Source of the DNA: Oscillospiraceae bacterium
Lineage (GTDB): Bacteria > Bacillota > Clostridia > Oscillospirales > SIG627
Direction: 5' to 3'
Length of the DNA stretch: 64,000 bases
Assembly (NCBI GenBank): GCA_015063985.1
Contig: SVTC01000005.1
Span: forward strand, 52,396-116,395
Shown here one piece after another: positions 44,348 through 54,543 of the stretch (its first letter is position 1; each line of letters starts with the position of its first letter). A program made the translations under genes and the position numbers. The notes beneath the pieces were generated by a model. That model was not told the origin of the DNA and did not search any database. It was given only the letters and a program-made list of their open reading frames with translations.

Positions 44348-45522
44348 ATTACTTAAGGCTTTGCTTTAAAAGATGTCTCAAGGCCTTGCCCGCGGTCTTT
44401 GCGGTCACTGCCGCAGTGGTGCTGACGGTTGCCTTGGCGGTATCCGCACTTGTTGCCACAAGTGGCCAAGACGAGCTTCCCAAGACCAGAGTGGGGCTTG
44501 TGGGTGATCTTGAGGGGACCTACTTTGATATAGGCATATATGCTTTGGAGAATCTTGACAGCTCCGCAGATTACGTGAGCTTTTCCATGCACGAAAGGGC
44601 TGAGGCGGAGAGGATGCTTCTTACCGGAGAGCTGGACGGATACTTATTTATTCCCGATGGCTTTGTGACTGCAATAATAAAAAGAGAGCCCGTTCCCTTG
44701 AAGTACGTTGTCCGCAGTGAGCCCTCGGGGCTCGGTACCGCTCTTGTGGCGGAGGTGGTGGACATTGCCGCTCAAATGGTGGGTGAGACGCAAAACGGCA
44801 TTTACGGAATGCAGGAATACGTTTACAAGACCCAAAAGGGTGTGGGGAGCCTCTACAAGCAGGTGGAGCAGATCAATCTGAAGTACGTGACCAATGCTTT
44901 GGACAGAGCTCTTTGGGTGGACGTGCAGACGGTCAACGTGGCGGGAGCTCCCGATATGGCAAGCTATTACGGCTACAGTGCTTTGACGGTATTGCTGATG
45001 CTCTGGGGGATCGCCGCCTTCGGGCTTTTGAAAAGAGGTCCCGTGGATTTCTCGCGCTTTGCGGCATCCAAGGGAGTATCGGTGCAAAGGCAGTGCGCCT
45101 TGGAATATTTTGCTTTTTTTGTTATAACGCTGATGATATTTTTGCCGATTGCCCTTGGGCTGAAGCTGATCTTATCGGGCAGTATTGACGTTGTTTTTAT
45201 CCTTTTGGCTCTGTGCGCAGTTTTTGCGGTAAGCGCAACGGAGTTTTTGGTGTATCGCGCCTTTGAAAAAACGGTGAGCGTTATATTGTTCTGGTTTACT
45301 CTCACTTTGTTTTCCTGCTATACCGCAGGCTGCTTTTACCCATCGTGGTTCTTCCCCGAGGCGGTCAGGGCGGTGGGAGCGCTGTCTCCCGCAGGCGCTG
45401 TGTTTGAGGCGATGAAGTCGGGGGGTGCGGGCGAGCTTGAGGGAGTGCTTATCTGCCTTATATACGGTGCGGTGTCAATTGCTCTTGCGGTGCTGTTTTC
45501 AAAGCGCAGAGTGTCGAGGTGA
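44344..45522 (+). CDS. ABC-2 type transporter permease
   Basis: N-terminal TM helix, a large extracytoplasmic loop, and a C-terminal bundle of TM helices. A 4-nt overlap with the ATPase gene. Confidence 0.65.
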   Translation: MNYLRLCFKRCLKALPAVFAVTAAVVLTVALAVSALVATSGQDELPKTRVGLVGDLEGTYFDIGIYALENLDSSADYVSFSMHERAEAERMLLTGELDGYLFIPDGFVTAIIKREPVPLKYVVRSEPSGLGTALVAEVVDIAAQMVGETQNGIYGMQEYVYKTQKGVGSLYKQVEQINLKYVTNALDRALWVDVQTVNVAGAPDMASYYGYSALTVLLMLWGIAAFGLLKRGPVDFSRFAASKGVSVQRQCALEYFAFFVITLMIFLPIALGLKLILSGSIDVVFILLALCAVFAVSATEFLVYRAFEKTVSVILFWFTLTLFSCYTAGCFYPSWFFPEAVRAVGALSPAGAVFEAMKSGGAGELEGVLICLIYGAVSIALAVLFSKRRVSR

Positions 45523-46649
45523 TGAGTATGACTGCTATAAGACGAATCTGCCTTCTTACCAAGAGGCTCTTTAAAAAGCCGGGATTTATAGTTATCCTCG
45601 TTACCTGCTTTCTTTTTTCCGGTGCTCTTTGCACCTTTTGCGATGACGGCGGCTCTGTGGTGAGGGTGGCGGTGGCGCTGACCGATCCCGACGATCCGGT
45701 ACTGCAAAGGATAGCAAAGCGGCTTACCGATGCCGAAAGCATAATAAAATTTACCGTCACCTCTCCCCAAGAGGCAAAGGATGCCGTGGAAAGCGGCGAT
45801 ATGGACGAGGCGTGGATACTGCCCGAGGATATTGAGCTTGCCATAGAAAAATATTTTCTGGAGAGGACTCCCATAGCTACGGTCATAAGAGGCAGGCAGG
45901 ACGTGACAAATCTTCTGTCCGTCGAAAGGCTCAATGCCGCAATATATCCCGAGATGTCCTACAGGGTGTACGTGGATTTCATCAAGAGTAATTTCCCCGA
46001 TAATTTAGATGAAGCTCAGCTGAGAAAAAGCTACGACGAGTCCTTCAAGCTGGGAAAGCTCATAGAGACGCAGACCGTTGATTCGGTGGCGGTAAGCGAC
46101 GGGGATGATTTTTTGGGCGCGTCCACAAGAGGAATAGTTGCCTTGGTGGTGCTTTTTGCGGCGCTGAGTGCTCAGATGTACTATCTGGACGATAGAGAGA
46201 AGGGCTGCTTTGACGGCTTTAACCAAGGGAAAAGCTTTGGCTTTAACCTGATTACCGTGATGGGTGCAGCGCTGATATGCGCGGTCTTGTGCTTTTGCTC
46301 CCTTTGGGTCTTCGGCTATTTTAAGGAGGCTCTGCTTTGGGAGGGGATAAGCTATATCGTATACGCCGTTGGCTGCGGAGGCTTTTGTATGCTTCTGGGT
46401 GCAGTGATGAAAAAGACCTCCCTTTTCGGGGTGCTGATACCCTTTGTAATGATTTTATCCCTTTTTGTGTCGCCTATATTCTTTGAAATATCCCTGCTCA
46501 GACCTATTGCAATGCTTTTGCCCTGCTATTGGTATCTGCAGATGGCAGCCAACGCTTCAATGACGGGCTTTGCTCTGCTGTACCTTGTTATTACCCTTGC
46601 TCTTTCTTATTTGGCGGGTATTCTGAGGTCAAAACACCTGAGGGTATAA
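45519..46649 (+). CDS. ABC-2 type transporter permease (second subunit)
   Basis: Same topology as the previous gene, overlapping start/stop. Confidence 0.65.
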   Translation: MMSMTAIRRICLLTKRLFKKPGFIVILVTCFLFSGALCTFCDDGGSVVRVAVALTDPDDPVLQRIAKRLTDAESIIKFTVTSPQEAKDAVESGDMDEAWILPEDIELAIEKYFLERTPIATVIRGRQDVTNLLSVERLNAAIYPEMSYRVYVDFIKSNFPDNLDEAQLRKSYDESFKLGKLIETQTVDSVAVSDGDDFLGASTRGIVALVVLFAALSAQMYYLDDREKGCFDGFNQGKSFGFNLITVMGAALICAVLCFCSLWVFGYFKEALLWEGISYIVYAVGCGGFCMLLGAVMKKTSLFGVLIPFVMILSLFVSPIFFEISLLRPIAMLLPCYWYLQMAANASMTGFALLYLVITLALSYLAGILRSKHLRV

Positions 46650-46709
46650 GCGCTTGACAAACGGTCGGCGTAAGTGTATAATTCCAATATAAACCAAAGG
46701 AGAAGAAAA

Positions 46710-47621
46710 ATGTTTGATATAATCGTTATCGGTGCGGGTCCTGCGGGTCTTACCGCTGCAATATATGCAAGAAGAGCCAACAAAACGGTGCTTATTCTTG
46801 ATAAGGGAGCCTTCGGCGGACAGATGACCTTTTCGCCCAAGCTTGAAAATTATCCCGGCTTTGAAAGCATCAGCGGAAGTGAGCTGGCAGATCTGATGGT
46901 CACTCAGGCGCTTGAGCAGGGTGCTCAGGTGGAGATAGAGAACGTCATCGACGTCAAGGACGAGAATGGCATAAAGAAGGTATATACCGAGGATGAAAAC
47001 GTTTATGAGGCGAAGGCCGTGATCATTGCGGCAGGCGCAAAGCACAGACATCTGGGCGTGGAGGGCGAGGATGCCTTTATCGGCGACGGAATAAGCTTTT
47101 GCGCGGTATGCGACGGCGCCTTCTACAAGGATAAGGAGGTCATTCTTATCGGAGGCGGAAACAGTGCTCTCCAGGAGGCTATACTTCTTTCCGAGACCTG
47201 CAAGAAGGTCACGGTGGTGCAAAACCTGGATATGCTTACAGGCGAAAAGAAGCTTTGCGATATAATTGAAAAGAGAGATAATATCGAGGTCATTCTGGGT
47301 ACGGTGGTGGATAGCGTTATGGAAGCGCCCGCCTTTAAGGGTATCCGCACAAGAAGAGTGGCAGACGGCGAGATCAATGAGCTTTATGCAGACGGAATGT
47401 TCGTTGCCATTGGTCTGGAGCCCGAGAACGCCGCCTTTGAGAGCATTTGCAAAATTGATGAAAGAGGATATATTGCATCGGGCGAGGATTGCCTGACCAA
47501 GACCCCCGGCGTTTTTGCCGCGGGAGATTGCAGAACAAAGACGGTCAGACAGATCACCACCGCCACCGCAGACGGAGCGGTAAGCGCAGTAAGCGCCTGC
47601 AGATATATAGACAGTCTGTAA
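46710..47621 (+). CDS. trxB: Thioredoxin-disulfide reductase
   Basis: ATG 46710 follows AAGGAG. GAGPAGLTAA FAD motif, redox-active CAVCDG, GGGNSALQEA NADPH motif. Confidence 0.9.
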   Translation: MFDIIVIGAGPAGLTAAIYARRANKTVLILDKGAFGGQMTFSPKLENYPGFESISGSELADLMVTQALEQGAQVEIENVIDVKDENGIKKVYTEDENVYEAKAVIIAAGAKHRHLGVEGEDAFIGDGISFCAVCDGAFYKDKEVILIGGGNSALQEAILLSETCKKVTVVQNLDMLTGEKKLCDIIEKRDNIEVILGTVVDSVMEAPAFKGIRTRRVADGEINELYADGMFVAIGLEPENAAFESICKIDERGYIASGEDCLTKTPGVFAAGDCRTKTVRQITTATADGAVSAVSACRYIDSL

Positions 47622-47642
47622 TTACAGCTTTTGGAGAGTATT

Positions 47643-49688
47643 ATGGAAATAAAATTTAAAGGCTTGAGGTTTGTCGTAACAGAGGATGAGCGTATAGGGC
47701 TTGTGGACTTTTTCGGCTATGAAAACGAATATACCGAAAAAAGCCTTTCGGATTTTCAATTTCCTCAGTTTGATATTGCGGGCGGGAATTTGTCGGGAAA
47801 CTTCGTTCAAAGCTCCTCCTTTCAGACAAAGGCGCTTCGCTACCTAAGCCACAGTGTGGAAGATAACACCCTGACGATCGTGCAAAAAAACTCTCTTTTT
47901 GAGGTTACTTCTTTCTTTAATGCCTATGACGACACCAACGCTTTAAGAGTGAGCCAAAGCTTTAAAAATATATCCGACACCGAGCAGGAATTGATCACCG
48001 CAAACACTCTCGGTCTGCGCTTTGGAAAGGGCGGAATCCCCGCCGAGCACAAGGATTGGTTTTTCCACCGCTTTTCCAACGCCAGATATCACGAATCTGC
48101 GCCTGACGTTCGCTCCTTTTACGATCTTGGATTTTTCAAAAACAACGGATATTTCAATCTTTCCAACAACGGCAACACATCCGCTCTTTATAACGTGCCC
48201 CAAGGTATAATCGAAAACAGAAGGTCCAAGGATTTTTATATGTTCCAGATAGAGTCCTATTGCTCTTGGCAGGCGGAGCTTTCTGCTGTGAACGCAAATT
48301 ATGACTTTCAGCTGGGCGGGCCTAATCAGTGGTACCATTTGTGGACCAAGAGCTTGAAGCAGGGCGAGAGCTTTAATTCCACTCCCGTTTCATTGTGCTA
48401 CGGCAAGAGCTTGAACGAAGTGATCGCCAATATGACCCTTTACCGCCGACATATCAAGGCGGACTGCCAAGCGGATCGCAATTTACCGTCCATCTACAAC
48501 GAATATATGCATTATTCCTGGGACAGCCCCAACGAGAAGAGGGCAAAGGAGATGGCAAGCGTTGTGGCAAGCACGGGATGCGAATATTACGTTATCGACT
48601 GCGGCTGGCACGATTCGGCTGATTACGGCACCACTGAAATGTATAGGCATTTCGGAAGCTGGTATGAAGACAGAGGGCGTTTTCCCAACGGCATCAAGGC
48701 TGTCAGCGACGAGATGCACCGCCACGGCTTGAAATTCGGTTTATGGATAGCTCCCGAGGTAGTGGGCTGTAAGAATGAAAGGATGCTGGGCTATTACGAC
48801 GATGACTGTTTCGTTAGAAAAAGCGGAAAAAAGGTGTTCAACGGCACGGGCTATCTTTTGAATTACAAAAATCCAAAGGTCAGAGCATATATGACGGACA
48901 CCATTAAAAGAATGGTAAAAGAATACGGCTGTGACTACATCAAATTCGACGGCTGTCCAAACCCCGGACTTGTGGGAGGGGAGCTTTACGAATATATCGA
49001 CGCCTTTACCGATTGGAGCAGGGAAATGTCAGAGCTTTACCCCGAGGTCATTTTCGAGGACTGTGCGGGCGGCGGTTTGCGAACCGATTACAAGGCACTT
49101 TCCATCTTTTCCCTGATATCCACCTCCGACCAGATAGATTACAGAGAATATCCTTATATAACTGGAAACGTGTTTGCGTCCGTTCTTCCCGAGCAGGCGG
49201 CGGTGTGGAGCTACCCGATAAACGACGAGACCTTTAAAAACACTGCCCCCGAAGAGCTTGATTCTGTTATAACAAAGGAGATCGTTGTCATCAATATGAT
49301 GAACGCGGTGCTGGGCAGAATTCATCTTGCTTCAAGACTTCAGCTTTTAAGCGCCGAAAAGATGGCTTTGGTGAAGGAAGGCGTGGATTTTTATAACGCC
49401 ATCACAAAGGATAAGTTAAATTCCGTTCCCTATTTCCCCAAGGGCTATGCAAAATTCGCGGATACTCTTGTGGCAGTGGGGTTAAAATGCGAAAAAGCGG
49501 TGTATCTCGGTGTGTGGAATCTTCACGGAGATCGCCACGTGCAGATAGATTTGCCTGAAATAGAGGCAAAATCGGCAAGGGTATGCTATCCCAAGAGCCT
49601 TGAAACAAAATACGAGCTGAAAAACAATAGGCTCATAATAGATTTTTCCGAGGATGAGCAGGGAAGGATCTTTAAAATAGAGCTTTGA
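47643..49688 (+). CDS. Alpha-galactosidase-like glycoside hydrolase (GH36-type)
   Basis: YYVIDCGWHDS, YIKFDGC and FEDCAGGGLRTDY blocks resemble the melibiase/GH36 catalytic-region patterns. Confidence 0.6.
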   Translation: MEIKFKGLRFVVTEDERIGLVDFFGYENEYTEKSLSDFQFPQFDIAGGNLSGNFVQSSSFQTKALRYLSHSVEDNTLTIVQKNSLFEVTSFFNAYDDTNALRVSQSFKNISDTEQELITANTLGLRFGKGGIPAEHKDWFFHRFSNARYHESAPDVRSFYDLGFFKNNGYFNLSNNGNTSALYNVPQGIIENRRSKDFYMFQIESYCSWQAELSAVNANYDFQLGGPNQWYHLWTKSLKQGESFNSTPVSLCYGKSLNEVIANMTLYRRHIKADCQADRNLPSIYNEYMHYSWDSPNEKRAKEMASVVASTGCEYYVIDCGWHDSADYGTTEMYRHFGSWYEDRGRFPNGIKAVSDEMHRHGLKFGLWIAPEVVGCKNERMLGYYDDDCFVRKSGKKVFNGTGYLLNYKNPKVRAYMTDTIKRMVKEYGCDYIKFDGCPNPGLVGGELYEYIDAFTDWSREMSELYPEVIFEDCAGGGLRTDYKALSIFSLISTSDQIDYREYPYITGNVFASVLPEQAAVWSYPINDETFKNTAPEELDSVITKEIVVINMMNAVLGRIHLASRLQLLSAEKMALVKEGVDFYNAITKDKLNSVPYFPKGYAKFADTLVAVGLKCEKAVYLGVWNLHGDRHVQIDLPEIEAKSARVCYPKSLETKYELKNNRLIIDFSEDEQGRIFKIEL

Positions 49689-49720
49689 TGCTTTATTTTG
49701 CGGCACAAAAATATCGGAAA

Positions 49721-49749
49721 AACGGCGGTGAAATCCGCCGTTTTTTTTT
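49721..49749 (+). terminator. Rho-independent terminator
   Basis: aacggcgg-tgaaat-ccgccgtt followed by a T run. Confidence 0.8.
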
Positions 49750-49912
49750 GCTTTAAGAGCTTTCTTTATCACGCTTTTCTCGGGGCAGATTAAAGCAAAA
49801 GCTCCCTCTTGGCGGAAAGCCGAGGGAGCCGCTTCTTATAAAGCCATTATGGCATTTTTGATCCTGAGGGATTTGGCGTCGGATCATTGCACTGCTGTTT
49901 ATCTGTCTGTTT

Positions 49913-50167
49913 TCAGTCTTCGATGAGCTTTTCTATTGTGCCGTTTCCCGTGATTTTTTCACAATCCTTCGTGACCACGTCGGTCATATGAAGATATTTT
50001 ATCAGCCCGTCGTTTTTAATGAAATTCATGGGCTTGTCGGTGTGGTTTTCGCAGATGAAATTGTCCATAATAAGACGCTCCACCACCGCGTTTACTCCAA
50101 CCTTGATCGTGTCTTTTGGCAGGGTCTTTTCTTTTCTTTGGATGTCTCTGAGAACCAAGTTTTTCAC
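49913..50167 (-). CDS. Small hypothetical protein (84 aa)
   Basis: An ORF with its own downstream hairpin (about 49801-49832, minus strand). No motif recognised. Confidence 0.35.
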   Translation of the reverse strand: MKNLVLRDIQRKEKTLPKDTIKVGVNAVVERLIMDNFICENHTDKPMNFIKNDGLIKYLHMTDVVTKDCEKITGNGTIEKLIED

Positions 50168-50230
50168 AAGAGACTCTTTTTGGATGTAGATAAAGGCAAG
50201 ATTATAGCGAGGCTCTGATGCGGGGTGATG

Positions 50231-50257
50231 AAAAAAGCGCCCTCGAAATGAGGGCGC
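50231..50257 (-). terminator. Rho-independent terminator of queT
   Basis: Minus strand: gcgccctc-atttc-gagggcgc followed by TTTTTT. Confidence 0.8.
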
Positions 50258-50263
50258 TGATTA

Positions 50264-50731
50264 TTATTTTTGGTGGTTTTTCAAGACTCTGTAAAGGGGG
50301 TAGCCGGCAACCACGCAGCTCAGAGTCTGGCCGATAAAGACCGTCAGGGCGAAGTACCAAAGAGCTCCGGGGGTGGCGTATACCCACCTGAAAACGAAGG
50401 GCAGAATGAGAGAGTTGGTAATGACGGGGCCAAACAGTGCCAAGGCAGGCAAGCGCCTGAGAAGCCGCACGCCCAATGCGCCGAGGACTGTGGCAAGGGT
50501 TCCGAAAACAACGTCCCATATGGGGCAACCGGTCAGCAGATTGGAAAGCAGGCAGCCTATGCTGACGCCCCAGATCGCCGCGGGCTCAAAGAGGCAGAGC
50601 ACGTTGAGCACCTCCGAAAGGCGGAGCTGGATAACGTTGCTTGCCAAGCCTAACGCCGAGCAAAGCCAGGTGAGGACCAAATAGCTTGCCGCGATCATAG
50701 CGGCATAGCAAACCTTGAGAGTCTTATTCAT
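50264..50731 (-). CDS. queT: QueT-family queuosine-precursor transporter
   Basis: 155-aa polytopic membrane protein (..YLVLTWL....VIQLRLSEVLNVL..) directly behind a preQ1-I riboswitch-like leader. Confidence 0.65.
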   Translation of the reverse strand: MNKTLKVCYAAMIAASYLVLTWLCSALGLASNVIQLRLSEVLNVLCLFEPAAIWGVSIGCLLSNLLTGCPIWDVVFGTLATVLGALGVRLLRRLPALALFGPVITNSLILPFVFRWVYATPGALWYFALTVFIGQTLSCVVAGYPLYRVLKNHQK

Positions 50732-50738
50732 TTTTAAT

Positions 50739-50781
50739 CTCCTTTAGTTTTGTTTTAAGTGAGGAAGGTCTCGAACTCACT
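50739..50781 (-). promoter_or_regulatory. preQ1-I riboswitch (translational, SD-sequestering)
   Basis: Minus strand: GUGAG-UUCGAGACCUUC-CUCAC-UUAAAACAAAACUAAAGGAG. This gives a 5-bp P1 and an A-rich tail like the B. subtilis (AUAAAAAACUAAGG) and T. tengcongensis (UUAACAAAACAAGG) aptamers. Loop CCUU can pair with the AAGG of the ribosome-binding site. Confidence 0.75.
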
Positions 50782-50787
50782 TTTTAT

Positions 50788-51768
50788 TTACAGAAGCTTT
50801 TCCAGAACGGGGAAAAGTCTTTCCGAGAGCATTTCAAAGCCGTCGTCGTTGGGATGGAGAACGTCGGGACTGAAGAACTTGGGGTCGTGGTCAATAAGGG
50901 TCTTTCCGTCTATGACCGTAAGATCCTTTATCGCTGCCGATGCGCATTGGATGATCCTTTCCGTGGCGTAATCAAAGCTGCCGACCTTGGTGGTGCGGTC
51001 ATTGTCGCCCCTCCAGAAGGGGGTGATCACCGCAACGGGAGTATCGGGATAAAGCTCTGCGAGCTTTTTGTAAAACCCCTCCACGGAGAGGTCAAAGCGC
51101 TCCTTTTTTCTGTTGGACCAATCGTTGGTGCCCAGTGCCACGGTGATAAGATCGGGGGTGAAGCCTATTCCGTCGCCGAGATTTCCCACGTGGTACACGT
51201 CGCCGCCGATGCCCTGGTTTATCATATTGCAATCAAATTTGCGGGCAAGCCTTGCGGGATAGCTGTGGGAGGGGTACTTGGCATCGTAGCCGTGGGTGAT
51301 GGAATCGCCGATGCAGAGCATGGTCTTGGCCTTCTTAACGGGCTCAAGGCTTGCGTTATCGTCGACGGCTATTTCCTTTACAGCCGCCTTGAAAAGGCAG
51401 GGGAACCACAAAGTCACCCTTTTTTTGCCCTCGGGAAGTCGGAAAGTGATCGTGGGCTTTCTTTCGGTGAATTTATCTTCGCCTTTGCGGTCAAAAAGCT
51501 TTCCGTCAACGTAAAGATCGAAATAATAGAACTGTCTTGAGCTTGCGCGGTGCAGCTTAAAGGAAAGAGAGAGGCTCTGGCTATCGGTGATCATATCCAG
51601 AACTATTCCCGAGCTTGCGCGGCATTTCTGACGGAAATCCGCATTGGTGTCCTCGTAATAGTCCTCCTGAGCCTCCGCATAGCGTCTGAAAACGGTGTAT
51701 TGATCCTCGGAGGTCACGGCAACAGCGCCGTGAAAAAGAGGAATAAACTGTTCTTTGGTAAGCTTCAT
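50788..51768 (-). CDS. SGNH/GDSL hydrolase
   Basis: LCIGDSITHG, ALGTNDW and LHPNDDGF blocks. ATG 51768 (MKLTKEQ) is chosen because the longer ORF overlaps ychF. Confidence 0.75.
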   Translation of the reverse strand: MKLTKEQFIPLFHGAVAVTSEDQYTVFRRYAEAQEDYYEDTNADFRQKCRASSGIVLDMITDSQSLSLSFKLHRASSRQFYYFDLYVDGKLFDRKGEDKFTERKPTITFRLPEGKKRVTLWFPCLFKAAVKEIAVDDNASLEPVKKAKTMLCIGDSITHGYDAKYPSHSYPARLARKFDCNMINQGIGGDVYHVGNLGDGIGFTPDLITVALGTNDWSNRKKERFDLSVEGFYKKLAELYPDTPVAVITPFWRGDNDRTTKVGSFDYATERIIQCASAAIKDLTVIDGKTLIDHDPKFFSPDVLHPNDDGFEMLSERLFPVLEKLL

Positions 51769-51772
51769 TTTA

Positions 51773-52876
51773 TCAAACGTTGAATCTGAACAGCACAACG
51801 TCGCCGTCCTTCATCACGTACTCCTTTCCTTCGCTTCTTACAAGTCCCTTTTCCTTGGCGGCGGTCATAGAGCCGCACTCCATAAGCTCGTCGTAGCCGA
51901 TGACCTCTGCGCGGATGAAGCCGCGTTCGAAGTCGGAATGAATCTTTCCTGCGGCGGCGGGAGCGGTGGTGCCCCGTTTGATGGTCCAGGCTCTGACCTC
52001 GGGCTTACCTGCGGTGAGGTAGCTGATGAGGCCCAGAAGCTCGTAGCCTGCGGCGATGAGTCGGTCCAGGCCCGATTCCTTAAGGCCGTACTCCTCCAGG
52101 AATGCTGCCTTATCCTCGGGATCCATCTGGCTGAGCTCTGCCTCGATCTGAGCGCACACGGGAATGATGCCGCTGTTTTCGCCGTCTGCAATAGCCTTAA
52201 GGGCGCGGTAATGATCGTTTGCGCCCTCGGGACTGTCGATGGAGTCGATATCATCCTCGCCCACGTTGGCTGCGTAGATAACGGGCTTCATGCTGAGAAG
52301 GGGGCTTTCGCTGAGCATCTGCTTCTCATCGTCGGTCATTTCCACAAGTCTTGCGGGAATGCCTTGGCTGAGGGCGTCCATTACTCTTTGGGTGAGATCT
52401 ATATCCACCTGAGCCTCCTTATCACCCTTCAGGCGCTTCTTGGCTCTGTCCAGCCTCTTTTCCAATATTTCTATATCGGAAAGGATGAGCTCCATATTGA
52501 TTATCTCAACGTCTCTTGCGGGATCAACGCCCTTATCCACGTGGACTATGTCCGCATTTTCAAAGCAACGGACAACGTGAACTATGGCATCCACCTCGCG
52601 GATGTGGCTCAAAAACTTGTTGCCCAGACCCTCGCCTTGGCTTGCGCCCTTAACGAGACCCGCAATGTCAACGAATTCGATGATGGCGGGGGTGGTCTTC
52701 ACTGCGTCGTAGAGCTTGGTAAGCTCGTCAAGGCGCTTGTCGGGCACCGTTACCACGCCCACGTTGGGGTCTATGGTGCAGAAGGGGTAGTTTGCCGCCT
52801 GCGCACCCGCTCCCGTAAGAGCATTAAAAAGTGTACTCTTGCCAACGTTTGGCAAGCCGACGATACCGAGTTTCAT
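51773..52876 (-). CDS. ychF: Redox-regulated ribosome-binding ATPase YchF
   Basis: [21 protein letters not shown] and a C-terminal TGS-like ..FIRAEVI.. segment, 367 aa. Confidence 0.95.
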   Translation of the reverse strand: MKLGIVGLPNVGKSTLFNALTGAGAQAANYPFCTIDPNVGVVTVPDKRLDELTKLYDAVKTTPAIIEFVDIAGLVKGASQGEGLGNKFLSHIREVDAIVHVVRCFENADIVHVDKGVDPARDVEIINMELILSDIEILEKRLDRAKKRLKGDKEAQVDIDLTQRVMDALSQGIPARLVEMTDDEKQMLSESPLLSMKPVIYAANVGEDDIDSIDSPEGANDHYRALKAIADGENSGIIPVCAQIEAELSQMDPEDKAAFLEEYGLKESGLDRLIAAGYELLGLISYLTAGKPEVRAWTIKRGTTAPAAAGKIHSDFERGFIRAEVIGYDELMECGSMTAAKEKGLVRSEGKEYVMKDGDVVLFRFNV

Positions 52877-53111
52877 TTTTCTTTCTATCTCCTTAAAAAT
52901 CCTTTATTTATCAAGGGATCGGTGACTGTCACCATTTTAACGAATTTAACTTTAATATTATATCATACTCGCAGATTTTTTTCAATAGGAAGAAGGTATT
53001 TTGCACGGGGAGTTTTTTAAAAAAAACGGAGCAATAAAAAGGCATTTCTTTAGTCCGACTTTAGCAAAGAGTGGTATAATCTGTTTGTAAAATGAAAAAG
53101 GGGGGCGGGGA

Positions 53112-53864
53112 ATGGAGTTTCAGACCGTGTTCAAGCGATATGAGCTGAAATATCTGCTGACTCTTGATGAAAAGCAAAGAGTGCTTGAGGCGATGGAAAG
53201 GTATATGGAGCTTGACAAATTTAAGCGCTCCACCGTAAGAAACGTGTATCTTGACACGAAAGATCACAGGCTCATAAGGCGCTCTATGGAAAAGCCGGAA
53301 TACAAGGAAAAGCTTAGGATAAGAAGCTACTGTCGGGCAAATGAGGACAGCACGGTTTTTGTGGAATTGAAAAAGAAATACCGCTCAGTGGTCTACAAGC
53401 GCCGTATGGCAATGAGCCAAAGGGATGCCGAGGCCTGGCTTTTCAAAAAGGCTCCCTGCCCCGCCGACACTCAAATATCACGGGAGATAAGCTATTTTTT
53501 ATTTCTTTATCGGGAGCTTGAGCCTAAGGTGTTTTTATCCTACGAGCGGGAGGCGTATTACGATAAAAGCGGCGGAGATCTCAGAGTGACCTTCGATGAC
53601 AATATTCTGTGCCGCCAAAGGGACATAAGCCTTTGCTCGGAGGTTTACGGCGACAGACTGCTTGATGAAAGCAGTGTGCTGATGGAGCTGAAATGCTCGG
53701 GGGGTATACCCTTATGGCTGGTGAAGGTGCTTTCTCGGGAGAGGATATACAAGACCTCCTTTTCAAAATACGGCACCGCCTACGAAAAATATATTTTTCC
53801 CGAAATCTGCAAGAAAGCTAAGGGGGCTGATAAAAATGGAAACGATATTCAAAGGGATATTTGA
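53112..53864 (+). CDS. VTC-domain (polyphosphate-polymerase-like, triphosphate tunnel fold) protein
   Basis: N-terminal FKRYELKYLLT and ..EKLRIRSY.. / ..VELKKKY.. strands are typical of bacterial VTC-domain proteins. Confidence 0.65.
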   Translation: MEFQTVFKRYELKYLLTLDEKQRVLEAMERYMELDKFKRSTVRNVYLDTKDHRLIRRSMEKPEYKEKLRIRSYCRANEDSTVFVELKKKYRSVVYKRRMAMSQRDAEAWLFKKAPCPADTQISREISYFLFLYRELEPKVFLSYEREAYYDKSGGDLRVTFDDNILCRQRDISLCSEVYGDRLLDESSVLMELKCSGGIPLWLVKVLSRERIYKTSFSKYGTAYEKYIFPEICKKAKGADKNGNDIQRDI

Positions 53865-54528
53865 CAGTGAGTTGACCAAGGTGATCGAGGTGGGAGATTT
53901 TCTTCTTTGCCTTGGTGTGAGCATTTTGCTGGGAGTGATAATTGCCGCGGCATATACTCTGAAAAACGATCACACCTCGGGATTTCTTCTCACTCTTGCG
54001 GTTTTGCCCGCAGTGGTGTGCGTGGTGATAATGATGGTCAACGGGAACGTTGGCGCAGGTGTTGCGGTGGCAGGAGCCTTCAGCCTTGTCCGCTTCCGTT
54101 CCGCTCCCGGCTCCGCAAAGGAGATAGCGGCAATATTTTTCGCAATGGCTGCGGGACTTATTGCGGGAATGGGATATCTCGGCTACGCTGCCCTTTTCAC
54201 GGTTATTATGTGTCTTGCCTTTATGCTCTGCAGCCTTATCGCCTTTGGCAGGGAAAGCCGCGACAGGGTGAAGAAGACCTTGAAGATAACCATTCCCGAG
54301 GATCTTGATTACACGGGAGTCTTTGACGATATTTTTCGTGCCTACACCAAAAAGAGCGAGCTTGTAAGGGTGAAGACCACCAATATGGGAAGTATGTTCA
54401 GGCTCACCTATGACGTTATCCTCAAGGACGTTTCCGAGGAAAAGGAAATGATAGACCGCCTCCGTGAGAGGAACGGAAATCTGGAAATATTCATATCAAA
54501 GCGTGAAAGCTCGGTTGCGGAGCTTTGA
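53836..54528 (+). CDS. DUF4956-type membrane protein
   Basis: Four TM helices then a soluble C-terminal domain. A 29-nt overlap with the VTC gene, which is the usual pairing for this family (from memory). Confidence 0.55.
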   Translation: METIFKGIFDSELTKVIEVGDFLLCLGVSILLGVIIAAAYTLKNDHTSGFLLTLAVLPAVVCVVIMMVNGNVGAGVAVAGAFSLVRFRSAPGSAKEIAAIFFAMAAGLIAGMGYLGYAALFTVIMCLAFMLCSLIAFGRESRDRVKKTLKITIPEDLDYTGVFDDIFRAYTKKSELVRVKTTNMGSMFRLTYDVILKDVSEEKEMIDRLRERNGNLEIFISKRESSVAEL

Positions 54529-54543
54529 TGAAGGGAGTTTTTT

